Of a stretch of DNA of 64,000 bases, positions 1-8,300 are shown one piece after another. Position 1 is the stretch's first letter, and the number at the start of each line of letters is the position of its first letter. The position numbers were made by a program, and so were the translations under genes. The notes below the pieces were generated by a model. The model did not search any database. It was not told where the DNA came from and was given only the letters and a program-made list of their open reading frames with translations. Source of the DNA: Mycobacteriales bacterium (GTDB lineage: Bacteria; Actinomycetota; Actinomycetes; BP-191); assembly GCA_035536235.1 (NCBI GenBank), contig DATLOQ010000045.1, positions 40,882-104,881 on the forward strand. Reading direction: 5' to 3'.

Positions 1-140
1 ACTCGAGGAGTGTTGGCGGCTGAGTCAGCCGAGCTTTTGGCCGACTTCTTTCAAGCGAAGCGAGGATAGGCACGCATTCGCATCTCGTTCGAGGCGCCTG
101 CTGGGCGGACGACTTGGCCCGATCAGCTAGGCTGCCCGAC

Positions 141-229
141 GGTGGAGTCGCGTAGTGGCCGAGCGCGCACGCCTCGAAAGCGTGTGAGGGGGCAACCTCT
201 CCGTGGGTTCAAATCCCACCTCCACCGCC
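141..229 (+). tRNA. tRNA-Ser (anticodon CGA)
   Basis: Cloverleaf readable by eye: acceptor ggtggag/ctccacc, anticodon loop cTCGAaa, long variable arm, T-loop ggttcaaatcc, discriminator g plus CCA. Confidence 0.85.
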
Positions 230-515
230 ACCACGCTCGACCATAAGCCCAGGTCAGGGCCTATGTCGAGGTCCCTCGGGATGACTGTGGGCACCCCGTG
301 CCAGCAGATTGCCAGCATGAGATCGGGCTGGGCTTCGCGCCGCGCGCTAGTCGAGCCATCCGACGGCGACCTCAACTCCATGGAGGGCGAGACTGACCGC
401 CTGCCCCGTCCTGGGCCATCGCCACTTAGCCCAGCATCAGCACGTCCGATACTCCGAGGTTACTGACCTGTTCCGCAACGTGAAATCCCTGCCGTGCCGG
501 CAGCAATCTTGGTGC

Positions 516-995
516 TCAGGACGACCGCGGAGAGTGGAAACCGTCGTCGAACTCGGCTGCGCGAAGCCGGTCGAGCAGGTCGTCGAGGGCGCGGAGGTCA
601 GCTTCGCTGAACCCGGCGAAGACGTCGCGCAGGTTGCGGGCGTGGACTTTCGCTGCAGCTGTCAGTGCGCGGTCGCCGTCTGGCGTCAGCGCGGCGAAGC
701 AGACCCGCCGGTCGGTCGGGCACGGCTCCCGCTGGACGAGCCCGGCGTCGATCATGCGGTCGAGCATCTTGGTGATGCCGCCGCTGGTGAGTGCAACTTG
801 CTCGGCGAGGGAGCTCTTGCTGATGCGCCCGCGGGGGGCTCGGCTGACGCGGAGGAGCACCTCGAACCAGGCGTGGGGCAGGGCTGCCTGCTGCTCGAGT
901 GAGCGTCCGAGCTGCCTGCTGAGCCGGCTGTTTGCCTCGACGAGCCGACCGAAGGTCGTGATGAGGGCCTCGTCCGCTGCGGTGATCTGTCTCAT
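516..995 (-). CDS. MarR family transcriptional regulator
   Basis: Winged-helix MarR-like region (LAEQVALTSGGITKMLDRMIDAGLVQREPCPTDRRV). Start refined to the internal ATG (MRQITAADE...) so the divergent intergenic region is preserved. Confidence 0.75.
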   Translation of the reverse strand: MRQITAADEALITTFGRLVEANSRLSRQLGRSLEQQAALPHAWFEVLLRVSRAPRGRISKSSLAEQVALTSGGITKMLDRMIDAGLVQREPCPTDRRVCFAALTPDGDRALTAAAKVHARNLRDVFAGFSEADLRALDDLLDRLRAAEFDDGFHSPRSS

Positions 996-1019
996 AGCTA
1001 GAATCTTACCAGCAAGATG

Positions 1020-1047
1020 TTGACAGGGAAGATTCCTGGGGTATGTT
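1020..1047 (+). promoter_or_regulatory. Sigma-70-like promoter candidate (TTGACA-16nt-TATGTT) for the downstream F420-reductase-like gene
   Basis: TTGACA at 1020-1025, TATGTT at 1042-1047 with 16-nt spacing, in the MarR / oxidoreductase divergent intergenic region. Confidence 0.4.
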
Positions 1048-1060
1048 CGGGACAAGGTGC

Positions 1061-1072
1061 TTGACTCGTCAA
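1061..1072. promoter_or_regulatory. Perfect palindrome TTGACTCGTCAA, candidate MarR operator
   Basis: 12-bp inverted repeat (ttgac tc gtcaa) immediately upstream of RBS aaggag (1076-1081) and the ATG at 1088; typical position of a MarR box. Confidence 0.45.
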
Positions 1073-1087
1073 CTAAAGGAGCGGGAC

Positions 1088-1726
1088 ATGAACATCGCCA
1101 TCCTCGGAGCCGGGAACGTCGGCGGCGGACTCGCCGCTGCCGCCATCAGGGCCGGACACAAAGTCGCCGTCGCCGCTAGCAGTCCTAGTAGCGCGCAGGA
1201 CGCCGCCGTGAGGACCGGCGCGACAGCCGCCAAGAGCAACGCCGAGGCCGTACGGGCTGCGGACGTCGTCGTCCTCGCCGTACCGCACGGCGCCGTCGCC
1301 GGCGTCGTCGTCGAGCTCGGCGACGCGCTGAGCGGCAAGGTGCTGGTCGACGCGACCAACCCCCTCAACGGCACGTACAGCGACCTGACCACCTCCGGTG
1401 TCTCGGCCGCGGAAGAGCTTCAGCAGCAGGTCCCTGGCGCGCAGGTCGTCAAGGCCCTCAACACAGTGTTCGCGTCCCGCTACGCCGACCCCGCTGAAGG
1501 CGGCAAGCCACTGGACGCGCTCGTCGCCGGCGACGACGCCGCGGCGAAGGCCACGGTCACCGCGCTGGTCGAGTCCCTCGGATTCCGGGCCGTGGACGCC
1601 GGAAACCTGCGGATGGCGCGCGCGCTGGAGGAGCTGGCGTTCCTGAACATCTCGCTCAACGCGAGCAACGGCTGGACTTGGCAGAGCGCGTTCCGGCTCG
1701 TCGGCCCGCAGCGTTCGGCCGCCTGA
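1088..1726 (+). CDS. NADP oxidoreductase, coenzyme F420-dependent family (F420 reductase / P5C-reductase-like Rossmann protein)
   Basis: N-terminal MNIAILGAGNVGGGLAAAAIRAGHKV dinucleotide-binding motif; RBS aaggag 7 nt upstream. Confidence 0.7.
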   Translation: MNIAILGAGNVGGGLAAAAIRAGHKVAVAASSPSSAQDAAVRTGATAAKSNAEAVRAADVVVLAVPHGAVAGVVVELGDALSGKVLVDATNPLNGTYSDLTTSGVSAAEELQQQVPGAQVVKALNTVFASRYADPAEGGKPLDALVAGDDAAAKATVTALVESLGFRAVDAGNLRMARALEELAFLNISLNASNGWTWQSAFRLVGPQRSAA

Positions 1727-2244
1727 TGAGCGCCGTCAACCCGGTCCGGCTCAACCACGCCGTGCTGTTCGTCACCGACCTCGAGCGCGCCGAGCGCTTC
1801 TACTCCGACATCATCGGCATGGAGGTCGCTGCCCGCGAGCCCCGGGCGAACGCAGCCTTCCTGCGCCTGCCGAGGTCCGGCAACCACCACGACCTCGGTC
1901 TGTTCGGCGTCGGCGCGTCCGCGCCGCCGAAGCGCCGCGGCGCGATCGGCCTCTACCACCTCGCCTGGCAAGTCGACACCATCGACGAGCTCGCGAACGC
2001 GCGACAGGTCCTCGCGAACGCCGGCGCGCTCGGCGGCGAGAGCAGCCACGGCGCGACCAAGAGCGTCTACGGCGCCGACCCGGACGGCAACGAGTTCGAG
2101 ATCATGTGGATGCTCCCGCGCGACGCCTGGGGCGAGTACGAGAACTCCGCACCGATCGACACGCTTGACCTGCCCGCTGAGATCGCGCGCTGGTCCGGCG
2201 TCCGCACCGCCGGTCAGATCGTGCCCGAGACGGCCAGCGCATGA
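1726..2244 (+). CDS. VOC family protein (glyoxalase/bleomycin-resistance/dioxygenase fold)
   Basis: VRLNHAVLFVTDLERAERFYSDIIGMEV motif; start overlaps the upstream stop (TGATG). Confidence 0.7.
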   Translation: MSAVNPVRLNHAVLFVTDLERAERFYSDIIGMEVAAREPRANAAFLRLPRSGNHHDLGLFGVGASAPPKRRGAIGLYHLAWQVDTIDELANARQVLANAGALGGESSHGATKSVYGADPDGNEFEIMWMLPRDAWGEYENSAPIDTLDLPAEIARWSGVRTAGQIVPETASA

Positions 2245-3401
2245 CTGCCTTCCCGTCGCCCGTCGTTGCGACCACCGGTGCGGTCGACCTAGCGGCGCCG
2301 TTGGTCGTCCTGCTCCACGGTCGCGGCAGCAACGAGCGCGACATCATCAGCTTGGCCGACCGCCTGCCCGCAGGCCCGGCGTACGCGGCGGCTCGCGCGC
2401 CGATCGCAGAGGGCGGCGGGTACGCCTGGTTCGCCAACCGGGGCATCGGGCGGCCGGTCGCCGAGTCGCTGCGCGCGACGATGGACTGGTTTCGTCACTG
2501 GCTCGACCAGGTCGCGCCCGCGGGCCGGCCGGTGGTGCTCATCGGGTTTAGCGGCGGTGCCGCGTTTGCCGGCGGGCTCCTGCTCGACGACCCAAGCCGA
2601 TACGTCGGCGGCGCCATCCTCTACGGCACGCTGCCGTTCGACGCCGGCGTCCCGACGACGCCCGCCCGGCTGGCGGGCGTTCCGGTCATCGTCGCGCAGG
2701 GCGACCAAGACACCGTCATCCCACGCGAGCTGCTCGACCGGACCTGGAATTACCTGCTCGGCGAGTCCGGCGCCCCGACGATCGCCCGCCGCGACCCGGT
2801 CGGGCACGGCATCGCCCCCGGGGCCCTCGCCGCCGTCGGCGGATGGCTCCACGAACGCCTCGCGTTCCTGGCTCACCGCGGCAGCCCCGGCCCTAGCCCC
2901 AGCGTCTGGCCCGCGCTGGCAGGGGCCGAGCTGCCAGTCCGCGCTGGCCCCCGACCGACCGTAAGCTCCCGGATCCCGCAGGAGCAGCTCAGCGACAACC
3001 CGCCACCCGAACTGCAGGAACGCGTCCTCAATCGGATCTCGGAGCTGCCCGGCGTGAGCACCCGGCAGTCGGCGATCTCCGTCCCGGGCGCCCGCGGGTT
3101 CATGCTCCACGAGCCCCGTGGCCCGCAGGACGCGTTCCTGGTCCCGTCCGCCGGCGAGTTCGCGCACGTCCACCCCGGTCACGACGGGTCTCTGCACCTT
3201 GCGCTGCCTCCGGCGCTGGCCGCCGACGTGGTGGCGAAGGGGTGGGGCGTCGCCCACCCCCTCGCCGGCGTCCGCCTCGCTCCCGGCATGGTCATGCTCT
3301 ACGGACCACGAGACGACGTGGAGCTCGAGACGGTCGTCCGGGTCGTGGCGACGAGTCACGCGTGGGCGTCCGGACGACTTACCGCCGGCCAGGCGGCCTG
3401 A
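2241..3401 (+). CDS. Alpha/beta hydrolase (phospholipase/carboxylesterase family) fused to an uncharacterised C-terminal domain
   Basis: N-terminal LVVLLHGRGSNERD...GFSGGAAFAGGLLL serine-hydrolase region plus a roughly 150-aa C-terminal domain (GWGVAHPLAGVRLAPGMVMLYGPRDDVELE). Confidence 0.65.
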   Translation: MTAFPSPVVATTGAVDLAAPLVVLLHGRGSNERDIISLADRLPAGPAYAAARAPIAEGGGYAWFANRGIGRPVAESLRATMDWFRHWLDQVAPAGRPVVLIGFSGGAAFAGGLLLDDPSRYVGGAILYGTLPFDAGVPTTPARLAGVPVIVAQGDQDTVIPRELLDRTWNYLLGESGAPTIARRDPVGHGIAPGALAAVGGWLHERLAFLAHRGSPGPSPSVWPALAGAELPVRAGPRPTVSSRIPQEQLSDNPPPELQERVLNRISELPGVSTRQSAISVPGARGFMLHEPRGPQDAFLVPSAGEFAHVHPGHDGSLHLALPPALAADVVAKGWGVAHPLAGVRLAPGMVMLYGPRDDVELETVVRVVATSHAWASGRLTAGQAA

Positions 3402-3405
3402 TGAT

Positions 3406-3480
3406 CTCGGGCTCGCCGGTCGCGTCGCCGTTGTCACCGCCGCGTCCAAGGGCCTCGGCCGCGCGACTGCGCAGGCACGA
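3406..3480 (+). pseudogene. Remnant of a short-chain dehydrogenase (SDR) N-terminus
   Basis: Frame encodes LAGRVAVVTAASKGLGRATA (classic SDR Rossmann TGxxxGxG region) with no upstream start codon; similarity is lost after about 25 residues. Confidence 0.4.
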
Positions 3481-3647
3481 CTGGTCCCAAGATTGGTCAC
3501 GGTCTTGGTGGAGATCAGCCGGCGACGCGTCTGTGCAGCGACTACGGGCTGCGTGAAGCTGCACGATACGGCGGCCACACCGTTACCCGGTCAGTATTGA
3601 TGCCTGGGAGGGGTGTGCAGTCGCTCAGCGAGCGAGTCGACGCGGAG

Positions 3648-4199
3648 CTACACGCGATCGAGTGCCCGATGCGGCAGCGCAGGCAGGCCGACTCGAATTT
3701 CCATGCCCGGCGAAATGAGCCCGCCGGCGATGACGACACCCATGACCCCGGCCTTCCGGACGTAGTCACCATGGCTGTCGTAGTAGGCCACCGTCGACAT
3801 CAGGCCGTCCGCATAGTCGTCGAGCTGGCGGCAGGGGTTGCGTAGCCCGGTGATTGCGACGACCGCGGCGCCGTCGAACGTCAGCGTGGTCCCAACCGGT
3901 AAAGCCAAGAGGTCGATCCCACGCGTGGTGATGTTCTCGCCAAGCGCACCTGGCGAGATCGGGTAGCCAGCGGCCCGAAGCTCTTCGTGGAGCTCCGAAT
4001 GCATCAGGTGCACCTGGCGGAGATTCGGTTGGGTGGGGTCGGCAGCGACCCGGGAGCGATGCTGAACTGTGGCGCCGGCATGCGCATCGCCCTCGACACC
4101 GATCCCAGCCACCAGGCTGATCGAGGGGCGCATCCGCTTGCTGAACCCGTGCGTGGCGCTGGTGCAGACAGCCTCGACGACGCCGACATCTGCTTGCAC
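3648..4199 (-). CDS. MOSC domain-containing protein
   Basis: 183-aa ORF with an MOSC-like beta-barrel region (GENITTRGIDLLALPVGTTLTFDGAAVVAITGLRNPC). Confidence 0.6.
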   Translation of the reverse strand: MQADVGVVEAVCTSATHGFSKRMRPSISLVAGIGVEGDAHAGATVQHRSRVAADPTQPNLRQVHLMHSELHEELRAAGYPISPGALGENITTRGIDLLALPVGTTLTFDGAAVVAITGLRNPCRQLDDYADGLMSTVAYYDSHGDYVRKAGVMGVVIAGGLISPGMEIRVGLPALPHRALDRV

Positions 4200-4277
4200 C
4201 GTTCAAGCGTATGTCCAGGCGCGTGCAGCGGAGAGCAACGCTTACTCCCTGGCGTGCCTGATGGAAAGATCTCTCGC

Positions 4278-5060
4278 ATGACGGGCTGGCTCGAGCCGAG
4301 CGACAACCTGAAAGTGCTGTGTGAACTTGAGCCGGCAACGCGTCCAGACCTGCGGCACGTCCGGCGGCAGGTGGCCCTGCTTGACGGCGTCACCGACGCC
4401 TATCTGGTGCCCGACAACCACCTGGGGCGAGCGACAGTTTCGAGCATCGCGGTGGCCGGGGAGGTGGCCGCGCTAGGGGGAAGCTCAGTTGCGTGCTTGA
4501 ACAGCAGGGACCGGAACCTTCTCGGCTTCCGGCGGGACCTGCTGACGGCAGCGGCCTACGGCGTGGATTCGTTCCTGTTCGTCCGAGGTGATGAGCCTTC
4601 GGAGGGCACCAGGTCCACGGACCTCACGGTCCGCAGGATGCTGGACGACGCGAGGGAGTTCGCAGGCGCGCCGTTTCGGATCGGCGCCACAGCCCGGGTC
4701 GGGTCACCCATCCCGGCATGGAAGCAGGCCGCCGACTTCCTTCTGGTTCAGATGTCCTTCGACGTTCCGGCCCTGGTGAAGTGGCGACGAAACTTGGAGT
4801 ACAGCGGGCCGGTCTTCGCTGGCGTTCTGGTGCTCGCGAGCACCAAGATGGCTCGCAACATCGCCAGCACGGCCAAGGACGTCAGCATCCCCGAAGGACT
4901 CATCGCCGCGCTGGAAGAGGACCGGGACGCAGGGGTCGACTTCGCTCTGAACATGGTCGAGGAAATTCGGGCGAGCAAGGCGATGGAAGGCGTGCATCTC
5001 GTACCCGTGACGCGCATCGTGCAGGTGGCGGACCGACTGCGCTTACGGCATGAGGCCTGA
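4278..5060 (+). CDS. Methylenetetrahydrofolate reductase-like protein (MetF family, short actinobacterial type)
   Basis: MetF-like TIM-barrel motifs (DAYLVPDNHLGRATVSS, FRIGATA). Start moved to the ATG after the divergent MOSC gene. Confidence 0.55.
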   Translation: MTGWLEPSDNLKVLCELEPATRPDLRHVRRQVALLDGVTDAYLVPDNHLGRATVSSIAVAGEVAALGGSSVACLNSRDRNLLGFRRDLLTAAAYGVDSFLFVRGDEPSEGTRSTDLTVRRMLDDAREFAGAPFRIGATARVGSPIPAWKQAADFLLVQMSFDVPALVKWRRNLEYSGPVFAGVLVLASTKMARNIASTAKDVSIPEGLIAALEEDRDAGVDFALNMVEEIRASKAMEGVHLVPVTRIVQVADRLRLRHEA

Positions 5061-5568
5061 GCCAGTGCTCCGCAGCGCACTGTCATCGGACGCTGCCATG
5101 GTCGCAGACGTGTACCTCCGGTCGTTCCAGGCTGCGATGCCGAGCGTGCAGCGGGCGCACTCGGACGACGAGGTCCGGGGCTGGGTCCGCGACGTCCTGG
5201 TTCCGGCAGGCGTCCTGCTCGCTGCGGTCGACACTCGTGTTGTCGGGCTGATGGCGCTCTCCGACGGCTGGATCGAGCAGCTGTATGTCGACCCTGCGTG
5301 CCAGCGGTGTGGGATCGGCTCACAACTCGTGTCGCTGGCGAAGCGTAGGCAACCGTCCGGCCTGCAGCTGTGGACCTTTCAGGTCAACCGACCAGCGCAG
5401 CAGTTCTACGAGCGGCACGGCTTCGTCGCCGTCGAATGGACTGACGGCTCGGCTAACGAGGAGCGCGAGCCGGACGTTCGCTACTCGTGGCCGGGAGCGC
5501 AGACATCCGCCTCCCCAGCTGCGGATGAGCTCGGCGATCGTCGGACCGGCCCTGCCACCACTGGCTGA
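5050..5568 (+). CDS. GNAT family N-acetyltransferase
   Basis: Acetyl-CoA binding region QRCGIGSQLVSLAKRRQ...FYERHGF. Confidence 0.65.
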   Translation: MRPEPVLRSALSSDAAMVADVYLRSFQAAMPSVQRAHSDDEVRGWVRDVLVPAGVLLAAVDTRVVGLMALSDGWIEQLYVDPACQRCGIGSQLVSLAKRRQPSGLQLWTFQVNRPAQQFYERHGFVAVEWTDGSANEEREPDVRYSWPGAQTSASPAADELGDRRTGPATTG

Positions 5569-5572
5569 GCGC

Positions 5573-6481
5573 TTAGGTGGCGAGGAGGAGGTTGGCCATG
5601 TCGGTCACCGGCGCGAATCCGAGAGCGGCGTAGATCTTGTTGGACGTCGGATTGGCCTGGTCGGTGTACAGGCAGACCCGCGCGCCCGCGGCCTGGAGCT
5701 GGCGGCTCACTCCGGCGACCGCGTTGCTGGCCCAGCCGCGGCCGCGCTGAGACGGGGGCGTGTACACCGGTCCGATCCGGGCGACTCCTAGGGCCGGGGG
5801 GTTCGCACCGGTGAGGTGGACTGGATCCCCGGACTCATCTACCCAGAACCAGAGGTGATGGGAGCGGATCCGGCGCAGGACCTCGTCCGGGCCGGTTGCC
5901 TGGTGACCCGCTGCCCCACGTTGCCGGCCCGCCTGCTCGTCGGCGTCGTCGAGGAAGGCCTCGAACCACTCGGTCGCTAGCTCCACATCGCCCTCAGTCG
6001 CGAGGCGCAGCTCGCCGGGCACGGCCGCCGGCTGCACGAGATCGCGCAGCTCATGCAGCCGCGTGTGGTACGCGACGTCGACACGACCGCCTACCAGCCG
6101 AGCCAGCTCGTCGGCGCAGAGCTGGACTGTGGGCAGTGCCCCGTTGATCCCGAGCACCTCTTCTCCGCGCTCGTGCAGCACGCGGGCCAAGCCGACGGCG
6201 GCATCGTCGGGCATCGGCAGCAAGAACGGGGGGCAGGGCGGGGATGTGGCGGTCCGCATGGCGGCCCCCACCACGCCGGACTGGTCGGTGACGACTAACC
6301 ACCAGTCACTCTCAGGAGGGGCGGTCCCATCGCGCTGCCGAGTCAGCGTCTGGGCGGCGTTGCTCGTCACGACCGTGCTGACCACCGGATTCGCCGCCAG
6401 ATACCGCTCGGCGAGGGACAGGAATCTGGCCGCGTCCGTGCAGAAGTCCAGTCGTAGGTCGGCCCTCCCGAAGTCATTCAT
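5573..6481 (-). CDS. Two-domain GNAT family acetyltransferase
   Basis: C-terminal GNAT motif (VYTPPSQRGRGWASNAV...YAALGF). N-terminal portion is real-looking protein starting MNDFGRADLRL; the upstream part of the long ORF is antisense to the next gene. Confidence 0.6.
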   Translation of the reverse strand: MNDFGRADLRLDFCTDAARFLSLAERYLAANPVVSTVVTSNAAQTLTRQRDGTAPPESDWWLVVTDQSGVVGAAMRTATSPPCPPFLLPMPDDAAVGLARVLHERGEEVLGINGALPTVQLCADELARLVGGRVDVAYHTRLHELRDLVQPAAVPGELRLATEGDVELATEWFEAFLDDADEQAGRQRGAAGHQATGPDEVLRRIRSHHLWFWVDESGDPVHLTGANPPALGVARIGPVYTPPSQRGRGWASNAVAGVSRQLQAAGARVCLYTDQANPTSNKIYAALGFAPVTDMANLLLAT

Positions 6482-7406
6482 GGGAGCACGGAGGCTAGCG
6501 AATCTTCGACTGAGCGGCCGGGCGGCGGAGATTGCGGTTGACGGGAGTGCTTTCGTTCCACTTGTGATGGAACTCGCGCGGGGGCTCGACGGTCGGGCTC
6601 TGCGCGCACTAGCCGAGCTGGAGCAGCGGACGATCGCCGTAGACGGCGGGCGGCTGAAGCTCGAGTGGAGCGTGCTCAACACCCGCGCCGGCGTCGAGGT
6701 CGAGGACATCCTCTGGTGGGAGGGAGACCGCCTGCTCGGCTTCCTAGGTCTCTACTCCTTCGGGGCACCCACCGTCGAGCTGGGTGGAATGGTCGACCCG
6801 GCAGCGCGCCGACAGGGGATCGCGTCGCGCCTGCTGGACGCCGCGCTGGCGCTGTGCCGCGAACGCCGCTACACCTCGGCGCTGCTCGTGACGGCCGGCG
6901 CCACGGATGCCGGCCGGTGCTTCGCGCTGGGCCGCGGCGGCAGGCTGCACCACTCCGAGCACGCGCTCGTGCTCCTCGATGAGCCGACGGACGGTCCGAC
7001 TAACCCGCAAGTTGGCCTGAGGCGAGCTACCGAGTCGGACGCCGACGTGGTGGCGTCGTTGCTTGCTGACCCTTTCGGATCCCACCCCAGTGCTGTGGTG
7101 GCGACGCTGCGGTCGGCCTCCAGCAGGACGTGGATCGTCACTGCTGCCGGCCGCCCAGTCGGCACGCTGCGGCTAGAGCGCGACGGAGACACCGGTGCCG
7201 TGTACGGATTCGCCGTCGACCCGGCGTATCAGGGCCGAGGTATCGGCCGTGATGTCCTCCGCCGCGTCTGTCGGATGATGCGGGACGAGGGTGCCACTCG
7301 CATCGCGCTCGAGGTGGAAGTCGACAACGAGAGAGCCCTCAACCTCTATACATCGATGGGCTTCGTCGAGGTGACGACCGAGCACTACTACTCCCTCACC
7401 CTCTGA
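6480..7406 (+). CDS. Two-domain GNAT acetyltransferase (MshD-like mycothiol synthase candidate)
   Basis: Two GNAT modules (…RRQGIASRLLDAAL… and …YQGRGIGRDVLRRV…LYTSMGFVEV). The N-terminal 139 aa of the ORF is low-complexity antisense, so the start is set at the internal ATG. Confidence 0.6.
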   Translation: MGARRLANLRLSGRAAEIAVDGSAFVPLVMELARGLDGRALRALAELEQRTIAVDGGRLKLEWSVLNTRAGVEVEDILWWEGDRLLGFLGLYSFGAPTVELGGMVDPAARRQGIASRLLDAALALCRERRYTSALLVTAGATDAGRCFALGRGGRLHHSEHALVLLDEPTDGPTNPQVGLRRATESDADVVASLLADPFGSHPSAVVATLRSASSRTWIVTAAGRPVGTLRLERDGDTGAVYGFAVDPAYQGRGIGRDVLRRVCRMMRDEGATRIALEVEVDNERALNLYTSMGFVEVTTEHYYSLTL

Positions 7407-7423
7407 GCAGGGGATGCGAGAGC

Positions 7424-8191
7424 TCAGCGAGAGTTCGCGAGTGCCTTCTCGACCGGAGCCAGATCGAACGGGTGGGGGGTCATCGCGATGAGGTGGGTCG
7501 CGCCCGCGGCGGTCCACTCCTCCGTGCGGTCCAGCGCCTCCACCGAGACGAGAGCGGTGCGCTCGATCTCCGCCGGGTCGCGACCCAGCTTGTCGCACCA
7601 CTCATCGAGGACGCGGCTCTTGAGAGCGAATCTCTCTGGCGGACCGAACCCGTTCCACATGTGGGCATACTCCGCGACAAGGCGCAACGTGACCCTTTCA
7701 CCTCCTCCGCCGATGCACAGCGGCAGCGGGAGCTGGATCGGCCCTGGGTGAAGCTTCGACAACCGGGCGCGGATGCGAGGCAGCGCCTCACCGAGCGCGC
7801 GCAGGCGCTCGGGCGCGGTGCCGAAGTCGTACCCGTACTCGTCGTAGTCGCGCTCGAACCAGCCGGCGCCAATGCCGAGCACCGTGCGCCCGCCGCTGAT
7901 GTGGTCGATGGTGCGAGCCATGTCCGCGACCAGCTCGGGGTTGCGGTAGCTGTTGCAGCTGACCATCAGCCCGATCTGGGCATGCCGCGTGTCTGCGGCC
8001 ATCGCCGCGAGAAGCGTCCAGCCCTCGAAGTGCGAGCCGTCCGCCTCGCCGTACAGCGGGAAGAAGTGGTCCCACGTCCAGATGCTGTCGACGCCGAGCG
8101 CGTCCGCAGCGCGCCACCCCGCGCGCAGGTCGGCAACGGTTGTGTGCTGCGGCTGCAGCTGCACGCCGATCTTGATCCGAGTCACCGGCAT
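7424..8191 (-). CDS. LLM class F420-dependent oxidoreductase (luciferase-like monooxygenase family)
   Basis: MPVTRIKIGVQLQPQHTTVADL...WTWDHFFPL; start trimmed because the longer ORF runs into the tRNA gene. Confidence 0.75.
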   Translation of the reverse strand: MPVTRIKIGVQLQPQHTTVADLRAGWRAADALGVDSIWTWDHFFPLYGEADGSHFEGWTLLAAMAADTRHAQIGLMVSCNSYRNPELVADMARTIDHISGGRTVLGIGAGWFERDYDEYGYDFGTAPERLRALGEALPRIRARLSKLHPGPIQLPLPLCIGGGGERVTLRLVAEYAHMWNGFGPPERFALKSRVLDEWCDKLGRDPAEIERTALVSVEALDRTEEWTAAGATHLIAMTPHPFDLAPVEKALANSR

Positions 8192-8211
8192 ACCTTCCCG
8201 TACATTCGCTC

Positions 8212-8300
8212 TGGCGGAGGATGCGAGATTCGAACTCGCGAGGGGTTGCCCCCAACACGCTTTCCAAGCGTGCGCCATAGGCCAACTAGGCGAATCCTCC
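8212..8300 (-). tRNA. tRNA-Ser (anticodon GGA)
   Basis: Reverse-complement reads GGAGGAT..TCGCCTAGTTGGCC..CACGCTTGGAAAGCGTG..long variable arm..GCGAGTTCGAATCTCGC..ATCCTCC G CCA. Confidence 0.85.

Noticed and set aside
2289-3578. 429-aa minus-strand ORF antisense to the hydrolase gene
   Set aside because: Low-complexity Arg/Ala/Gly-rich translation with no motifs; the sense-strand gene has clear hydrolase motifs.
6063-6479. Long N-terminal extension of the + strand GNAT ORF (447 aa)
   Set aside because: Ser/Thr/Arg-rich low complexity and antisense to the minus-strand GNAT; the internal ATG at 6480 gives a typical roughly 309-aa two-domain GNAT.
141-8300. Integrated prophage or ICE between the two tRNA-Ser genes
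   Set aside because: No integrase/recombinase, phage structural genes or conjugation genes were seen, and no obvious tRNA 3'-end direct repeat. The content is metabolic, so it was kept only as a low-interest island hypothesis.
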